The position numbers and the translations under genes were made by a program. A stretch of DNA of 64,000 nt from assembly GCA_001784175.1 (NCBI GenBank), contig MFPR01000001.1, positions 1 to 64,000 on the forward strand, in the 5' to 3' direction. Under the pieces are notes generated by a model. That model saw nothing but the letters and a program-made list of their open reading frames with translations, made no database searches and was not told the origin of the DNA. This stretch comes from Candidatus Lindowbacteria bacterium RIFCSPLOWO2_12_FULL_62_27 (GTDB lineage: Bacteria; Lindowbacteria; 2-12-FULL-62-27). This document shows, piece after piece, positions 54,748 to 64,000 of the stretch; the first letter of the stretch is position 1; each line of letters begins with the position of its first letter.

Positions 54748-56592
54748 TCAACCGCCGGCCGTCTCGGCCGGCGTCTGAGACGCCGGCACTTGGGGCGCCG
54801 GAGGCGCTGACCCGGCCGGCGCTGCCGGCAGAAGCACCTTGAACGTGGTGCCCTTCCCGACGACGCTCTCGACTGTGATCCGGCCTTTGTGTTCCTCGAC
54901 GATCCGGTGGACGATGGAAAGGCCCAGCCCCGTGCCGTCGCTTTTGGTCGTGAAAAAAGGCGCGAATATTTTTTCCACGTGCTTCTCGTCGATCCCGGCG
55001 CCGGTGTCGGCGACCAGCACCTGAACGAAGTCCTTCCCCTCGCCGACCACGGTCCGCGAGGTGGTAACCATCAGTTTTCCATTTGTTGACATCGCTTGCA
55101 AGGCATTTTGATAGAGATTCAGGAAGACCTGCTTCATCTCGGCCATGTCGACCTGCACGTCCGGAAGGAGTTCGTCGAGGACGAACTCGAGCCCCACGCC
55201 GGCCTCCTTGTAATTTCCCTCGACGATGTAGCCGACGTCCCGGACGACTTTGTTGATCGACACGCGCGCAAGCTGCAGCGCGCCGTCCTTGGACATGTCC
55301 ATCATGCCGGCGACGATCCGGTTGATCCGGTCGACCTCCTCGATGATGGACTTGGTTTTGACCAGGAGCGGTTCAGCCTCCGGCAGTTTCTGCAGCTTGC
55401 GGTTCAGAAGCTGGATGTTGCCGCGGATGGCCGACAGGGGGTTTCGGATTTCATGCGCCGCGCCCGCCGCAAGCTGCCCGACCACGGCAAGCCGGTCGGA
55501 CCGGCGGACCTGCAGCTCCAGTGTTTTGATCGGGGTGAGGTCGGTAAAAATCCCGAGCGCGCCGATGACGCGGTCCTGGTCGGCGAGGATGGGCGAGGCG
55601 CTGACGCCGAGGATCTGGCGGTGTTCGCCAAAATTCAGCTCCAGCTCAATGTTTCTGCGGTCCTGGCCGGTCGAAATCGTGTCCGACAGCAGGCGCGCGA
55701 AGGAATCGAGACGCGGGACCTCCGAGAGCTGCCGGCCGAGGATGTCCGGCGCCGCCATATTTAATATGGAGAGGCCGGACGGATTCAAGGTCGTCACGCG
55801 GCCGTCCAGATCGACCGCCAAAAGGCCGCTCGTCAGGCTGATGAGAATGTTTTCATTATACTGTTTCATCTGGAGCACCTGGTCGACGAGCCGCGCGTTC
55901 TCCAGCGCAACGGCCGCCTGGGAACACAGCATTTGTACGCGTTCCTGATCGGACTGCGTGAATTCGTCGACTGCCCGGGGCGTGAGCAGAAGCAGGATGC
56001 CGATGACCTGGTTGCCGGCGTTCATCGGGACATAGACCGCCGTCGGGTATTTTCCCTCGGCCGGCATCGCGATGGTCGTGTGCGCCCGGATCACCCACTG
56101 GAGGAATCCGGCTGTTTTCTGCCGGTCGATCTCGCGCGCGTCCGCCTCGGTCGTATCCCACGCGCCCGTGAGGGTGAACCCGAGTTCCTCCGACCCCTGA
56201 TAGAGCGCCGAGCCGCCGAAGGGGATGACCTTGTCACGGATCGTCGATCGGAGAAGCTCGACGATTTCGTCCCGCGTCTGCGCCAGGGCGATGGCGGCGG
56301 AGAGGCTCCTGAGATTCTCGATCTCGTCCCGGCTTTTCGAAAGCTCATCGAGCGCGTCCTGCTGCAGGCGCGCCGTCTCGGCTTTTTCGACCAGCCTGGC
56401 CCGCACCTGGTTCAAGAGGACGTTCAACGGTTCCGTCAGCGAAAACCCGCTGACCCGGACGTCGGTCGAGACCGGCCGCGAAAAATCCTCCCGCGCGACC
56501 TGATCCACCTCGTCGAACAGCGCCTTGATCTGCCGGGCGATGTCCGCCAGCGACCGGCTGATGGATGGCGTGGACTGGGGTAGAGGACTCAT
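54748..56592 (-). CDS. Cytoplasmic GAF-PAS sensor histidine kinase
   Basis: GAF (QAAVALENARL), PAS, AHEIRNPL, NLYQNA, DTGAG, FFTTK..GTGLGL; ATG at 56592 overlaps the HDOD stop. Confidence 0.92.
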   Translation of the reverse strand: MSPLPQSTPSISRSLADIARQIKALFDEVDQVAREDFSRPVSTDVRVSGFSLTEPLNVLLNQVRARLVEKAETARLQQDALDELSKSRDEIENLRSLSAAIALAQTRDEIVELLRSTIRDKVIPFGGSALYQGSEELGFTLTGAWDTTEADAREIDRQKTAGFLQWVIRAHTTIAMPAEGKYPTAVYVPMNAGNQVIGILLLLTPRAVDEFTQSDQERVQMLCSQAAVALENARLVDQVLQMKQYNENILISLTSGLLAVDLDGRVTTLNPSGLSILNMAAPDILGRQLSEVPRLDSFARLLSDTISTGQDRRNIELELNFGEHRQILGVSASPILADQDRVIGALGIFTDLTPIKTLELQVRRSDRLAVVGQLAAGAAHEIRNPLSAIRGNIQLLNRKLQKLPEAEPLLVKTKSIIEEVDRINRIVAGMMDMSKDGALQLARVSINKVVRDVGYIVEGNYKEAGVGLEFVLDELLPDVQVDMAEMKQVFLNLYQNALQAMSTNGKLMVTTSRTVVGEGKDFVQVLVADTGAGIDEKHVEKIFAPFFTTKSDGTGLGLSIVHRIVEEHKGRITVESVVGKGTTFKVLLPAAPAGSAPPAPQVPASQTPAETAGG

Positions 56593-57443
56593 AGCATCTC
56601 GAGAAACACTTCCGCTTTTTCGATCTCCTTTTCCGACACGTTCTTCAACTGCTCGATGTCGGACGCGTTGAGCTTGAAATCGGCCACCGCGGCCTTGTCG
56701 AGGACCGGCACCTTGTTGTCGCCGCCGTTGCCGATCTTGAGCGCGCGGCAGAGGATGTCGGCGAGGTGGACGATGCCGGTGAGCTGGGGATTGTATTTCG
56801 ACAGGCCTGGCGCGTGATGGTAGGCGAGCGGTTCCTGCAACTTTTTCGGAAGGTTCCATTTCTGGGACACGATGTAGGCGACGTTGGCGTGGTTGAGCCC
56901 CAGCAATCTGGATTCGGCCTCATACAGCAGCATGTCGTTCGCGCGGACCAGGCCCATCACCGCCTTGAACTCCTCGTGCACAAACTGGTCGAGAACAATC
57001 TTGCCGACGTCGTGGATCAGCCCCGCCGTGAACGCCTCCTCCTTGTCCGCGTACCGGGTCTTTTCGGCGAGGAGCCTCGACAGAACCCCGACGCCGAGGG
57101 AATGTTCCCAGAAACGCCGCCGGTCAAACAGTTCATCTCCGCTGTTGTCCCGGAAGAGCTGAAAGACGGTGGCGGTGAGGGCGAGGTTCTGGATGGCGTT
57201 GAATCCGAGGATGGTGGTGGCATGGCTGATCGACGAGATCTGGGAAGGAAATCCAAAATAAGCGGAATTGACCATCTTCAGAACGCGCGCAGACAGAGAG
57301 GGATCGGTCGCGATGGCCGCACCAACCTCCCGGGCGGAGGTTTTCGGGTTCTGAACCATCGCGTTGATCCGGGCCACGACGACCGGCAGGGTCGGCAGTT
57401 TCTCGATCTTGGCGATCAGCTCTTTGATTTTGGATTTTTCCAT
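56589..57443 (-). CDS. HDOD domain protein
   Basis: LPTLP, DPSLSARVLKMVNSAYFG, FWEHS, GLIHDVGK, HA...W.LP. Confidence 0.92.
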   Translation of the reverse strand: MEKSKIKELIAKIEKLPTLPVVVARINAMVQNPKTSAREVGAAIATDPSLSARVLKMVNSAYFGFPSQISSISHATTILGFNAIQNLALTATVFQLFRDNSGDELFDRRRFWEHSLGVGVLSRLLAEKTRYADKEEAFTAGLIHDVGKIVLDQFVHEEFKAVMGLVRANDMLLYEAESRLLGLNHANVAYIVSQKWNLPKKLQEPLAYHHAPGLSKYNPQLTGIVHLADILCRALKIGNGGDNKVPVLDKAAVADFKLNASDIEQLKNVSEKEIEKAEVFLEML

Positions 57444-57491
57444 CACCATAACAGCGCCGGTATGCCGCCTTTCTCGACATTCTCCCAATGA

Positions 57492-57567
57492 AATGTATAA
57501 CAAGACCTTCGCCCTGTCAAACTACGGCGACCGCAGCCTTGCATTCGGCCGGGAGCCTTGGCATAGT
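57492..57567. promoter_or_regulatory. Divergent sigma-70 promoters (HDOD operon, kup)
   Basis: Minus strand TTGACA-17-TACATT (57520-57492); plus strand TTGCAT-17-CATAGT (57539-57567). Confidence 0.55.
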
Positions 57568-57573
57568 CCCCTC

Positions 57574-57700
57574 TTGCGCCGAATGATCCCGCCCGGCGGG
57601 ATCAACGGGGGACCCAGGATCCGGGGCGAACGCCGCACCCCATGGTGCGGGCGGGCAATCTTCTCCAGCCCGAGCCCGGCAGCTAACTCCGCAGGCGCGT
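57574..57700 (+). ncRNA. c-di-AMP riboswitch (ydaO/yuaA)
   Basis: GCCGAAT...CGGGGGACCCA...GGGGCGAA...CCCGAGCCCGGCAGCTAACTCCGCAGGCG follows the ydaO consensus order; directly upstream of a K+ transporter. Confidence 0.88.
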
Positions 57701-57713
57701 GGAGGAGAACGGA

Positions 57714-59648
57714 ATGGCGCAGGATTCAACATCCGCAGGCGGCGCCGATCCCACGGGGCCGCCCCCCACGGAAAGCTCCGAGCCGCAGGAAAAACTGTGG
57801 CCGCTCGTGCTGGCGGCGCTCGGGGTCGTCTACGGCGACATCGGCACCAGCCCGCTCTACGCGATCAAACTCTGTTTTTCCGGACACCATGGCATCTCGC
57901 CGAGCGAAGAGAACATCATCGGCGTTATGTCGCTCGTGTTCTGGTCCGTCAGCTTCGTGGTCGCCTTCAAGTACCTCTGGTTCGTTCTGCGCGCGGACAA
58001 TCACGGCGAGGGCGGGATCCTGGCGCTTCTGGCGGTGGCCAGTCGACGCAAGGACCGGACCGGCAACGGCCCGCCCACCGCCATGATCATCCTGGTGCTC
58101 TTCGGCGCCGCGCTTCTATTCGGCGACGGGATCATCACGCCCGCGATCTCGGTGCTCAGCGCCGTCGAAGGCCTGAGCGTCGCGACCAAGGCCGCCGAAC
58201 CGTACGTTCTGCCGATCACGACCGGCATTTTGCTGGCGCTCTTTCTGATCCAAAAGAAAGGGACGGGCAACATCGGCCGGGTCTTCGGGGTCGTCATGAT
58301 CGTATGGTTCTCGAGCCTTGCGGTGATCGGCCTTGCGCACATCCTCCGGCATCCGCATGTGCTCCGGGCCATCCATCCGCTGTACGCAGTGGAATTCGTG
58401 ACGCGATCGGGCTCGGCCGTCCTGTGGGTTCTGGGCGGCGTGTTTCTCTGCGTGACCGGCACGGAAGCGATGTACGCCGACATGGGCCATTTTGGCCGGC
58501 CGGCGATCCGCCGCGGCTGGTTTGGACTTGTGATGCCGAGCCTGGTGTTGAACTATTTCGGCCAGGGTGCGCTCCTCCTCGGACATCCGGAATACGCGGA
58601 GTCGCCCTTTTATTACATGGTGCCCCGATGGGGGCTGTATCCGATGGTCGTACTCGCAACCGCCGCGACGATCATCGCGTCCCAAGCGCTCATTTCCGGC
58701 GCGTTTTCGCTCAATCGACAGGCGATGCAGCTCGGCTACTGTCCCCGGCTGACCGTCGTTCACACCTCTTCGGCCCATGAGGGGCAGATTTACATTCCGG
58801 AAGTCAACTGGACGCTGATGGTGTCCTGCATCGCACTCGTGTGGGGATTCCGAACGTCTGAGAACCTCGCCGCAGCCTACGGCATTGCCGTAACCGGCGA
58901 CATGGTGATCACGACCTGCATGTTCTACGTCGTGACTCGCCGGACCTGGGACTGGGCGTGGTGGCGGGCGGCGATGCTCGCGGCGGCGTTTCTCGCCGTG
59001 GACCTGACCTTCTTGACCGCCAACTCCCTCAAATTCTTTCAGGGCGGCTGGGCGCCGATCCTGATGGCCCTCTGCATTTTCACCTTGATGACCACATGGA
59101 AGGACGGCCGGAAACGCTTGGCGAAGCATTTCGCGGCCAAGATCATGCCGCTGGAGGAATTTCTGAAAAAAATCACGGAGCGGAAGACCCCGCGCGTGCC
59201 GGGCACCGCCGTGTTTCTCACGGCAAACCCCACCGGCGTCCCCCCGATCCTCGTCCATCACTGGGAACACATCGGATCGCTCCACGAGCGTATCGTGCTC
59301 CTGTCGATCATGGGTTCCAACGTCCCCCGCGTGGCGGCCAAACACCGTCTGGCCGTCCGGGATATCGGGCAGGGATTCCATCAGGTGTCGTCCGTCTACG
59401 GATACATGCAGACACCCAACGTGCCGGTGGTCCTTCAAAGCTGCGAGTATCTCGGCCTGCCGATCGACCCGAAAACCGTCACCTATTTTCTGGGCCGCGA
59501 AACGCTCATGCCCTACGGCCGGTCCGGCATGCCGTACTGGCGAAAAGTCCTGTTCATTCTGATCTCCCGAAACTCCCGCAGCGCCACCGCCTATTTCGGC
59601 ATCCCGGCCGGACAGGTCGAGGAACTCGGGATGCAGGTGGAACTTTGA
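57714..59648 (+). CDS. kup: KUP/HAK/KT potassium transporter
   Basis: LGVVYGDIGTSPLY, ADNHGEGG, DGIITPAISVLSAVEG, EAMYADMGHFG, GQIYIP. Confidence 0.97.
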   Translation: MAQDSTSAGGADPTGPPPTESSEPQEKLWPLVLAALGVVYGDIGTSPLYAIKLCFSGHHGISPSEENIIGVMSLVFWSVSFVVAFKYLWFVLRADNHGEGGILALLAVASRRKDRTGNGPPTAMIILVLFGAALLFGDGIITPAISVLSAVEGLSVATKAAEPYVLPITTGILLALFLIQKKGTGNIGRVFGVVMIVWFSSLAVIGLAHILRHPHVLRAIHPLYAVEFVTRSGSAVLWVLGGVFLCVTGTEAMYADMGHFGRPAIRRGWFGLVMPSLVLNYFGQGALLLGHPEYAESPFYYMVPRWGLYPMVVLATAATIIASQALISGAFSLNRQAMQLGYCPRLTVVHTSSAHEGQIYIPEVNWTLMVSCIALVWGFRTSENLAAAYGIAVTGDMVITTCMFYVVTRRTWDWAWWRAAMLAAAFLAVDLTFLTANSLKFFQGGWAPILMALCIFTLMTTWKDGRKRLAKHFAAKIMPLEEFLKKITERKTPRVPGTAVFLTANPTGVPPILVHHWEHIGSLHERIVLLSIMGSNVPRVAAKHRLAVRDIGQGFHQVSSVYGYMQTPNVPVVLQSCEYLGLPIDPKTVTYFLGRETLMPYGRSGMPYWRKVLFILISRNSRSATAYFGIPAGQVEELGMQVEL

Positions 59649-59736
59649 CGGCCAAGATTCAGCCATTTTTGTCTTGACAACATGAAACGCCCTAATGTAC
59701 GCAGGGGGAGTTGAAAACCGGCATAGAGGGGAGAGC

Positions 59737-61434
59737 ATGAGCGCTACCGGACAAGTTCAGAACCCGCAGCCCGTCGCAGTCACCTACAACGTCAAGCTTA
59801 CGCCCCGCTTGGTGCTGGCCATTGTCGGTCCGTACGTCTTCGACAAAATCGCCGAACAAGTCAAAGCCATGATCCCAATCTGCCTGTTTCTGGTCGTGTT
59901 TCAGATGCTCGTGTTCCGGATGGCGATTCCGGACGCGGTGGGCATCTCTCTGGGGCTGTGCGGCGTCATCATGGGACTCATGTTTTTCATCGACGGCCTC
60001 CGGATCGGCGTCATGCCGCTCGGGGAAAACATTGGCTCGACATTGCCGGCCAAGGCGAAACTGCCGGTGATTCTCACCGCCGCGTGTCTCCTCGGCGCCA
60101 TGGCCAACATGGCCGAGCCGGCCATCGGGACACTCCGGATTCTCGGGCAGAAGATCCCTTACGAAAAGGCGCCGTTGCTTTTTGATTTTCTGAACAACCG
60201 CACCGAGTTTATCCTGTGGGTGGTTTCGCTCGGCGTGGGAGTCGGCGCCATGAACGGCATATTCCGGTTTGTGAAGGGCTGGTCGCTCAAGTTCACCATC
60301 GTACCGGGGCTGTCCATCGCCGTCATTCTGACCATCATCTCGGCGTTTGACGAGCAGGTGAAACACATCCTCGGAATGGCTTGGGACGCCGGCGGCATCA
60401 CCACCGGCACCGTCACCGCCCCGCTCGTGCTGGCGCTCGGCGTCGGCATGGCGTCGGCCCTGGGCAAGAGCGATTCCGGGATGAGCGGGTTCGGCATCAT
60501 CACGCTCTGCTCGATCTGGCCCATCGTGGCGATGCTGTCCGTGGCGCTGTACTGCTCATGGACCGGCAATTACATGACGCCGGATCAATATCAGGCGTTT
60601 GTCGCCGCGGGGGCGGGCGGCGCGACGGAATCCGCGTCGACGAATATCCTGGCCCTGATCGGCGAAAATTTTCTGGCCTCGGCCCAGGTGATTATCCCCC
60701 TGATCGGCCTTCTGGTCATCATCCAGAAATTCGTGCTGAGAGACGAGATCCGGAATGTCGACCAGGTGGTCGCCGGCGTCATCTTCACGCTCATCGGTCT
60801 TATGCTGTTCAAGATCGGCCTGGCGACCGGACTCAATCCGTTCGGGGAGAAGGTCGGGCACGACGCAGCCATTTCGTTTTCGAATTCCGGATTTGAGGCA
60901 TTCCTGCCGGCCGGCGCGGCGGACGGGCGGTACGGCAAGCTGTGGGGCACGATCATCGTGATGTTTTTCGGCTTTCTCGCCGGCTACGGCGCGACGCTGG
61001 CCGAGCCGGCCCTGGTCACGCTCGGGCTTACGGTGGAAGACCTCACGGCGGGAGCGTTCAAAAAATATCTGCTGATGCATTCCGTGGGATTCGGCGTCGG
61101 CATCGGGCTTGTCATCGGAGTTGCCAAGATCATTTACGGCTGGAACGCCATGGCCATCGTCCTTCCGAGCTACGCGCTTGTGCTCTTCCTCACCATGATC
61201 AGCGACGAAAAATACGTGAACTTCGGCTGGGACAGCGGCGGCGTCACCACGGGAGACATCACGTCGCCCGTCTTGATTTCGCTCGGATTGGGCGTCGCCG
61301 GCGGGGCCGGCGGGTTTGACGGATTCTGCCTGATCGCCATGGGGTCGGTCTGGCCGATCATTTCGGTTTTGACGCTCGGACTCATCATCAACAAGACGAC
61401 ACCTTTCGTGCAGGCGCAGAAGGCGCGGGGATAA
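59737..61434 (+). CDS. DUF1538 family membrane protein (two fused repeats)
   Basis: Duplicated motifs AEPA and WD(A/S)GG(I/V)TTG.(V/I)T.P...LG.G; GFG.I...S.WPI. Confidence 0.88.
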   Translation: MSATGQVQNPQPVAVTYNVKLTPRLVLAIVGPYVFDKIAEQVKAMIPICLFLVVFQMLVFRMAIPDAVGISLGLCGVIMGLMFFIDGLRIGVMPLGENIGSTLPAKAKLPVILTAACLLGAMANMAEPAIGTLRILGQKIPYEKAPLLFDFLNNRTEFILWVVSLGVGVGAMNGIFRFVKGWSLKFTIVPGLSIAVILTIISAFDEQVKHILGMAWDAGGITTGTVTAPLVLALGVGMASALGKSDSGMSGFGIITLCSIWPIVAMLSVALYCSWTGNYMTPDQYQAFVAAGAGGATESASTNILALIGENFLASAQVIIPLIGLLVIIQKFVLRDEIRNVDQVVAGVIFTLIGLMLFKIGLATGLNPFGEKVGHDAAISFSNSGFEAFLPAGAADGRYGKLWGTIIVMFFGFLAGYGATLAEPALVTLGLTVEDLTAGAFKKYLLMHSVGFGVGIGLVIGVAKIIYGWNAMAIVLPSYALVLFLTMISDEKYVNFGWDSGGVTTGDITSPVLISLGLGVAGGAGGFDGFCLIAMGSVWPIISVLTLGLIINKTTPFVQAQKARG

Positions 61435-61454
61435 CGCAATCAGAGGAGGCATCC

Positions 61455-61808
61455 ATGTCGGAGGATAAAAAAAGCAAGGCGTTAAAAATGATCATTGCGA
61501 TCGTGCAGCGCGGGAAGGCGGACACTCCGGTCAACGCGGCCATCAAGGCGGGCGCGCCGGCCGCGACGGTCTTTTTCGGCCGCGGCCAGGGCATGCGCGA
61601 GCGGCTGGGTATTTTGGGTGTCGCGGTCCAGCCGGAGAAGGAGATCATTTTCGTCATTCTGGAGGAATGGCTCGTCGACCAGGTGCTGGCCGCGATGGTA
61701 AAGGCCGGCCACCTGGACAAACCCGGCATCGGGTTCGTCTTTGTCGTCCCGGTCGACCGTGCCGTCGGATTCGTCGAGGCGGAGGAACTGGCGAAGTCAT
61801 CGGCCTGA
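61455..61808 (+). CDS. PII-like signalling protein
   Basis: AG...ATV..GRG.G, EKE, PG.G..FV.PV; GAGGAGG RBS; follows DUF1538. Confidence 0.88.
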   Translation: MSEDKKSKALKMIIAIVQRGKADTPVNAAIKAGAPAATVFFGRGQGMRERLGILGVAVQPEKEIIFVILEEWLVDQVLAAMVKAGHLDKPGIGFVFVVPVDRAVGFVEAEELAKSSA

Positions 61809-61812
61809 TCGT

Positions 61813-64000
61813 TTGAGTTCGGACCTGCTGGATCGCCTGAAGGCGATCAAATCGGACCTGATGGACGTTTATCGCGCCAAGTTCGATCCGGGCCGCATCG
61901 AGGCCCTCGTCAGAAGTACGCCAGACCGCATGAAACCTTTCAAGCGCCATCCTCTCTTCACCAGCGCCGGCGGGCGGCTCGCCCAATTCGAAGAAGGCCT
62001 GCGCGCGCTCGAACGGGCCGCGCCGCCGATGCGGGAAACGCTATTTTGGCCGGCCCTCGATACCTTTTCCGACCTCTGCCGGCTCGCGCTCCAGTCCGAC
62101 ATCCAGTACCTGCCGGGCATCGGGCCGGCCCGGGCGGAGCACTTCAGGAAAAAAAATATCGACACCGTGCTCGACCTCCTGCTGACCCCGCCCAGAAATT
62201 ATCAGGACCGCCGGTCGGTCTCGTGGGTCTCCGAGTCCCAGGTGGGAGAGCAGGTCACGCTGTTCGCGCTGGTGCGGCGGTTCAACGTCATCCGGTCGAG
62301 ATACCGCCGGGGCGCAGCCCGGCTCGAAATGTCGGTCCAGAAATGCGCGGCGGAAGTCCGCCCGCAGGATTCCCTGCTCAACGATTCGCTCCTGCCGCCG
62401 GACGACCGCGGGCCGGAGCCGCCGGCACAGGAAAGTTTGACGGTGATTTTTTTCGGCCAGCCGTATCTCGAAAAGGTTTTCAAGGCCGGCGACCGGGTCT
62501 TTTTCAGTGGCCGCCTGGAGCTGTATCGGGGTCGGCTGCAGCTCATCAATCCGGAATTTGAAGTTGAGCGGGACGAGGAGGCCGCCGAGGCCGGGGAGGC
62601 CGGGCCGCCACGATTGGGTGTCATTCCTATATATTCTCTCACGGAGGGCATCACGCAGCGGACGTACCGGCGCCTTGTGTTCCGCGCGGTTCACAACTAC
62701 GCGGACCTGTTCGTCGAACACATCCCGCAAAAAATCCGGGACGCGCAGGCGCTGCCGGCGGTGTCCGACGCGATTCACGGCCTGCATTTTCCGGCGGAGC
62801 CCGAGGACATCGGCCGCGCGAGGCGCCGGCTCCGCTTTGACGAGCTTTTCCTGTACCAGCTCGTCGTCCTCCACTTGCGGTCGGAGCTTGAGACCCTCTC
62901 GAAAAACCGCGCGTACAGCTCCCGCGACCTGGAGGAGCGGTACTTGAAGGCGTTTCGAGGCGATCTGACGCGGGCGCAGAGCCGGGCCTGGGAGGAAATC
63001 CGCGCCGATCTGGACCGCCCGGCCGTGATGAACCGCCTGCTGTTCGGAGACGTCGGGTCGGGCAAGACGCTCGTGGCGGAGCTGGCATGCCTCCATGTGA
63101 TCGGTTCCGGCCATCAGGCGCTGATTCTGGCGCCGACCGAGGTCCTGGCCGAGCAGCATTTCTCGACGCTGCAGCGGGACCTCGAGCCGCTGGGCGTGCG
63201 GGCGGGGCTTTTGAAGGGCGGCATGAGCGCGGCCAAAAAACGGGAATTGAAATCCGGACTCGCCGATGGAACCATCCAGATCATGGTCGGGACGCATGCC
63301 CTGATTCAGGAGGACGTCGCCTTGCATTCGCCTGCCCTCTTCGTCATCGACGAGCAGCACCGCTTCGGCGTGCTCCAGCGCGCGGCGCTGCACGAAAAAG
63401 GATTGAACGCCGACCTTCTCATCATGAGCGCCACCCCGATCCCGCGGACGCTCCAGATGACGCTCTTCGGCGACCTCAATGTCTCCTTCCTCGACGAACG
63501 GCCGCCCGGCGCGCCGCCGCCGCCGAACACGGAGCTGATGCCGGATATCCCGGAGTCGCGCGCGGCCGCCAAAAAAATCATCCTGGCCGCGCTCGAGGCC
63601 GGCGACCGGGTCTACGTCATTTATCCGCTGATTGAGGAATCAGAGGTCATGGATGTCCGGGCCGCGACGGTGCAGAAGGACAGGATTGAAAAAGCGTTCC
63701 CAAAGGCCCGCGTGGGCCTTCTGCACGGCCGGATGGCAAGCGAGGAGAAGGAGTCGGCGTTCCGCAAATTCCGCGACGGCGACATGGACATCCTCGTGTC
63801 GACGACGGTCATCGAGGTCGGCATCGACGTTCCGAAGGCGAACCTGATCGTCATCGAAAACGCCGAGCGATTTGGCCTCTCCCAGCTCCATCAATTGCGC
63901 GGCCGCGTGGGCCGGCACACCCGGCAGGGGCTCTGTGTGGCGTTACACTCATCGAACGCGGGCGCTGAAACCATCGAACGGCTCAGGATTTTCGCCCGGA
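61813..64000 (+). CDS. recG: ATP-dependent DNA helicase RecG (partial, runs off window end)
   Basis: Manual translation: YLPGIGP, RRRLRFDE, MNRLLFGDVGSGKT, DEQHRFGV, MSATPIPRT, NAERFGLSQLHQLRGRVGR; start TTG 61813 or ATG 61861. Confidence 0.95.
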   Translation, partial: MSSDLLDRLKAIKSDLMDVYRAKFDPGRIEALVRSTPDRMKPFKRHPLFTSAGGRLAQFEEGLRALERAAPPMRETLFWPALDTFSDLCRLALQSDIQYLPGIGPARAEHFRKKNIDTVLDLLLTPPRNYQDRRSVSWVSESQVGEQVTLFALVRRFNVIRSRYRRGAARLEMSVQKCAAEVRPQDSLLNDSLLPPDDRGPEPPAQESLTVIFFGQPYLEKVFKAGDRVFFSGRLELYRGRLQLINPEFEVERDEEAAEAGEAGPPRLGVIPIYSLTEGITQRTYRRLVFRAVHNYADLFVEHIPQKIRDAQALPAVSDAIHGLHFPAEPEDIGRARRRLRFDELFLYQLVVLHLRSELETLSKNRAYSSRDLEERYLKAFRGDLTRAQSRAWEEIRADLDRPAVMNRLLFGDVGSGKTLVAELACLHVIGSGHQALILAPTEVLAEQHFSTLQRDLEPLGVRAGLLKGGMSAAKKRELKSGLADGTIQIMVGTHALIQEDVALHSPALFVIDEQHRFGVLQRAALHEKGLNADLLIMSATPIPRTLQMTLFGDLNVSFLDERPPGAPPPPNTELMPDIPESRAAAKKIILAALEAGDRVYVIYPLIEESEVMDVRAATVQKDRIEKAFPKARVGLLHGRMASEEKESAFRKFRDGDMDILVSTTVIEVGIDVPKANLIVIENAERFGLSQLHQLRGRVGRHTRQGLCVALHSSNAGAETIERLRIFAR

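Noticed and set aside
1690-63393. Numerous long antisense/alternate-frame ORFs (e.g. 1690-3063, 4837-7014, 10321-12516, 38299-40380, 42374-44812, 58116-59738, 62041-63393)
   Set aside because: Shadow ORFs expected from high-GC codon bias opposite well-supported genes; no motifs.

Overview
GC-rich bacterial chromosomal window, mostly housekeeping and metabolic genes: rnr, trpS, glpX, sppA, ppdK, rnhA, metF, bolA-grxD, cysS, ispF, rlmB, kup, partial recG, a Tat-exported PaoABC-like molybdoenzyme operon, two two-component/signalling clusters, ABC exporters and purine-catabolism genes. The left edge cuts a secreted protein built from fibronectin-III-like tandem repeats. No rRNA, tRNA, CRISPR array, integrase or transposase was recognised. 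Most notable: (1) an unannotated 440-aa ORF (41358-42680) with archaeo-eukaryotic primase (AEP)-like catalytic motifs fused to a 4-Cys PriL-like C-terminus, i.e. a candidate single-chain PriS-PriL-type primase in a non-mobile bacterial context; (2) a perfect 54-bp palindrome built of TGATATCA units (18818-18871); (3) an Xre/RES toxin-antitoxin cassette flanked by a diverged 178-bp duplication of the 3' ends of two convergent host genes; (4) a c-di-AMP (ydaO) riboswitch on kup, followed by a DUF1538/PII-like pair; (5) two CRP/FNR-type boxes; (6) an in-frame heptamer microsatellite in rlmB. All calls are by eye from motifs; no searches were run.
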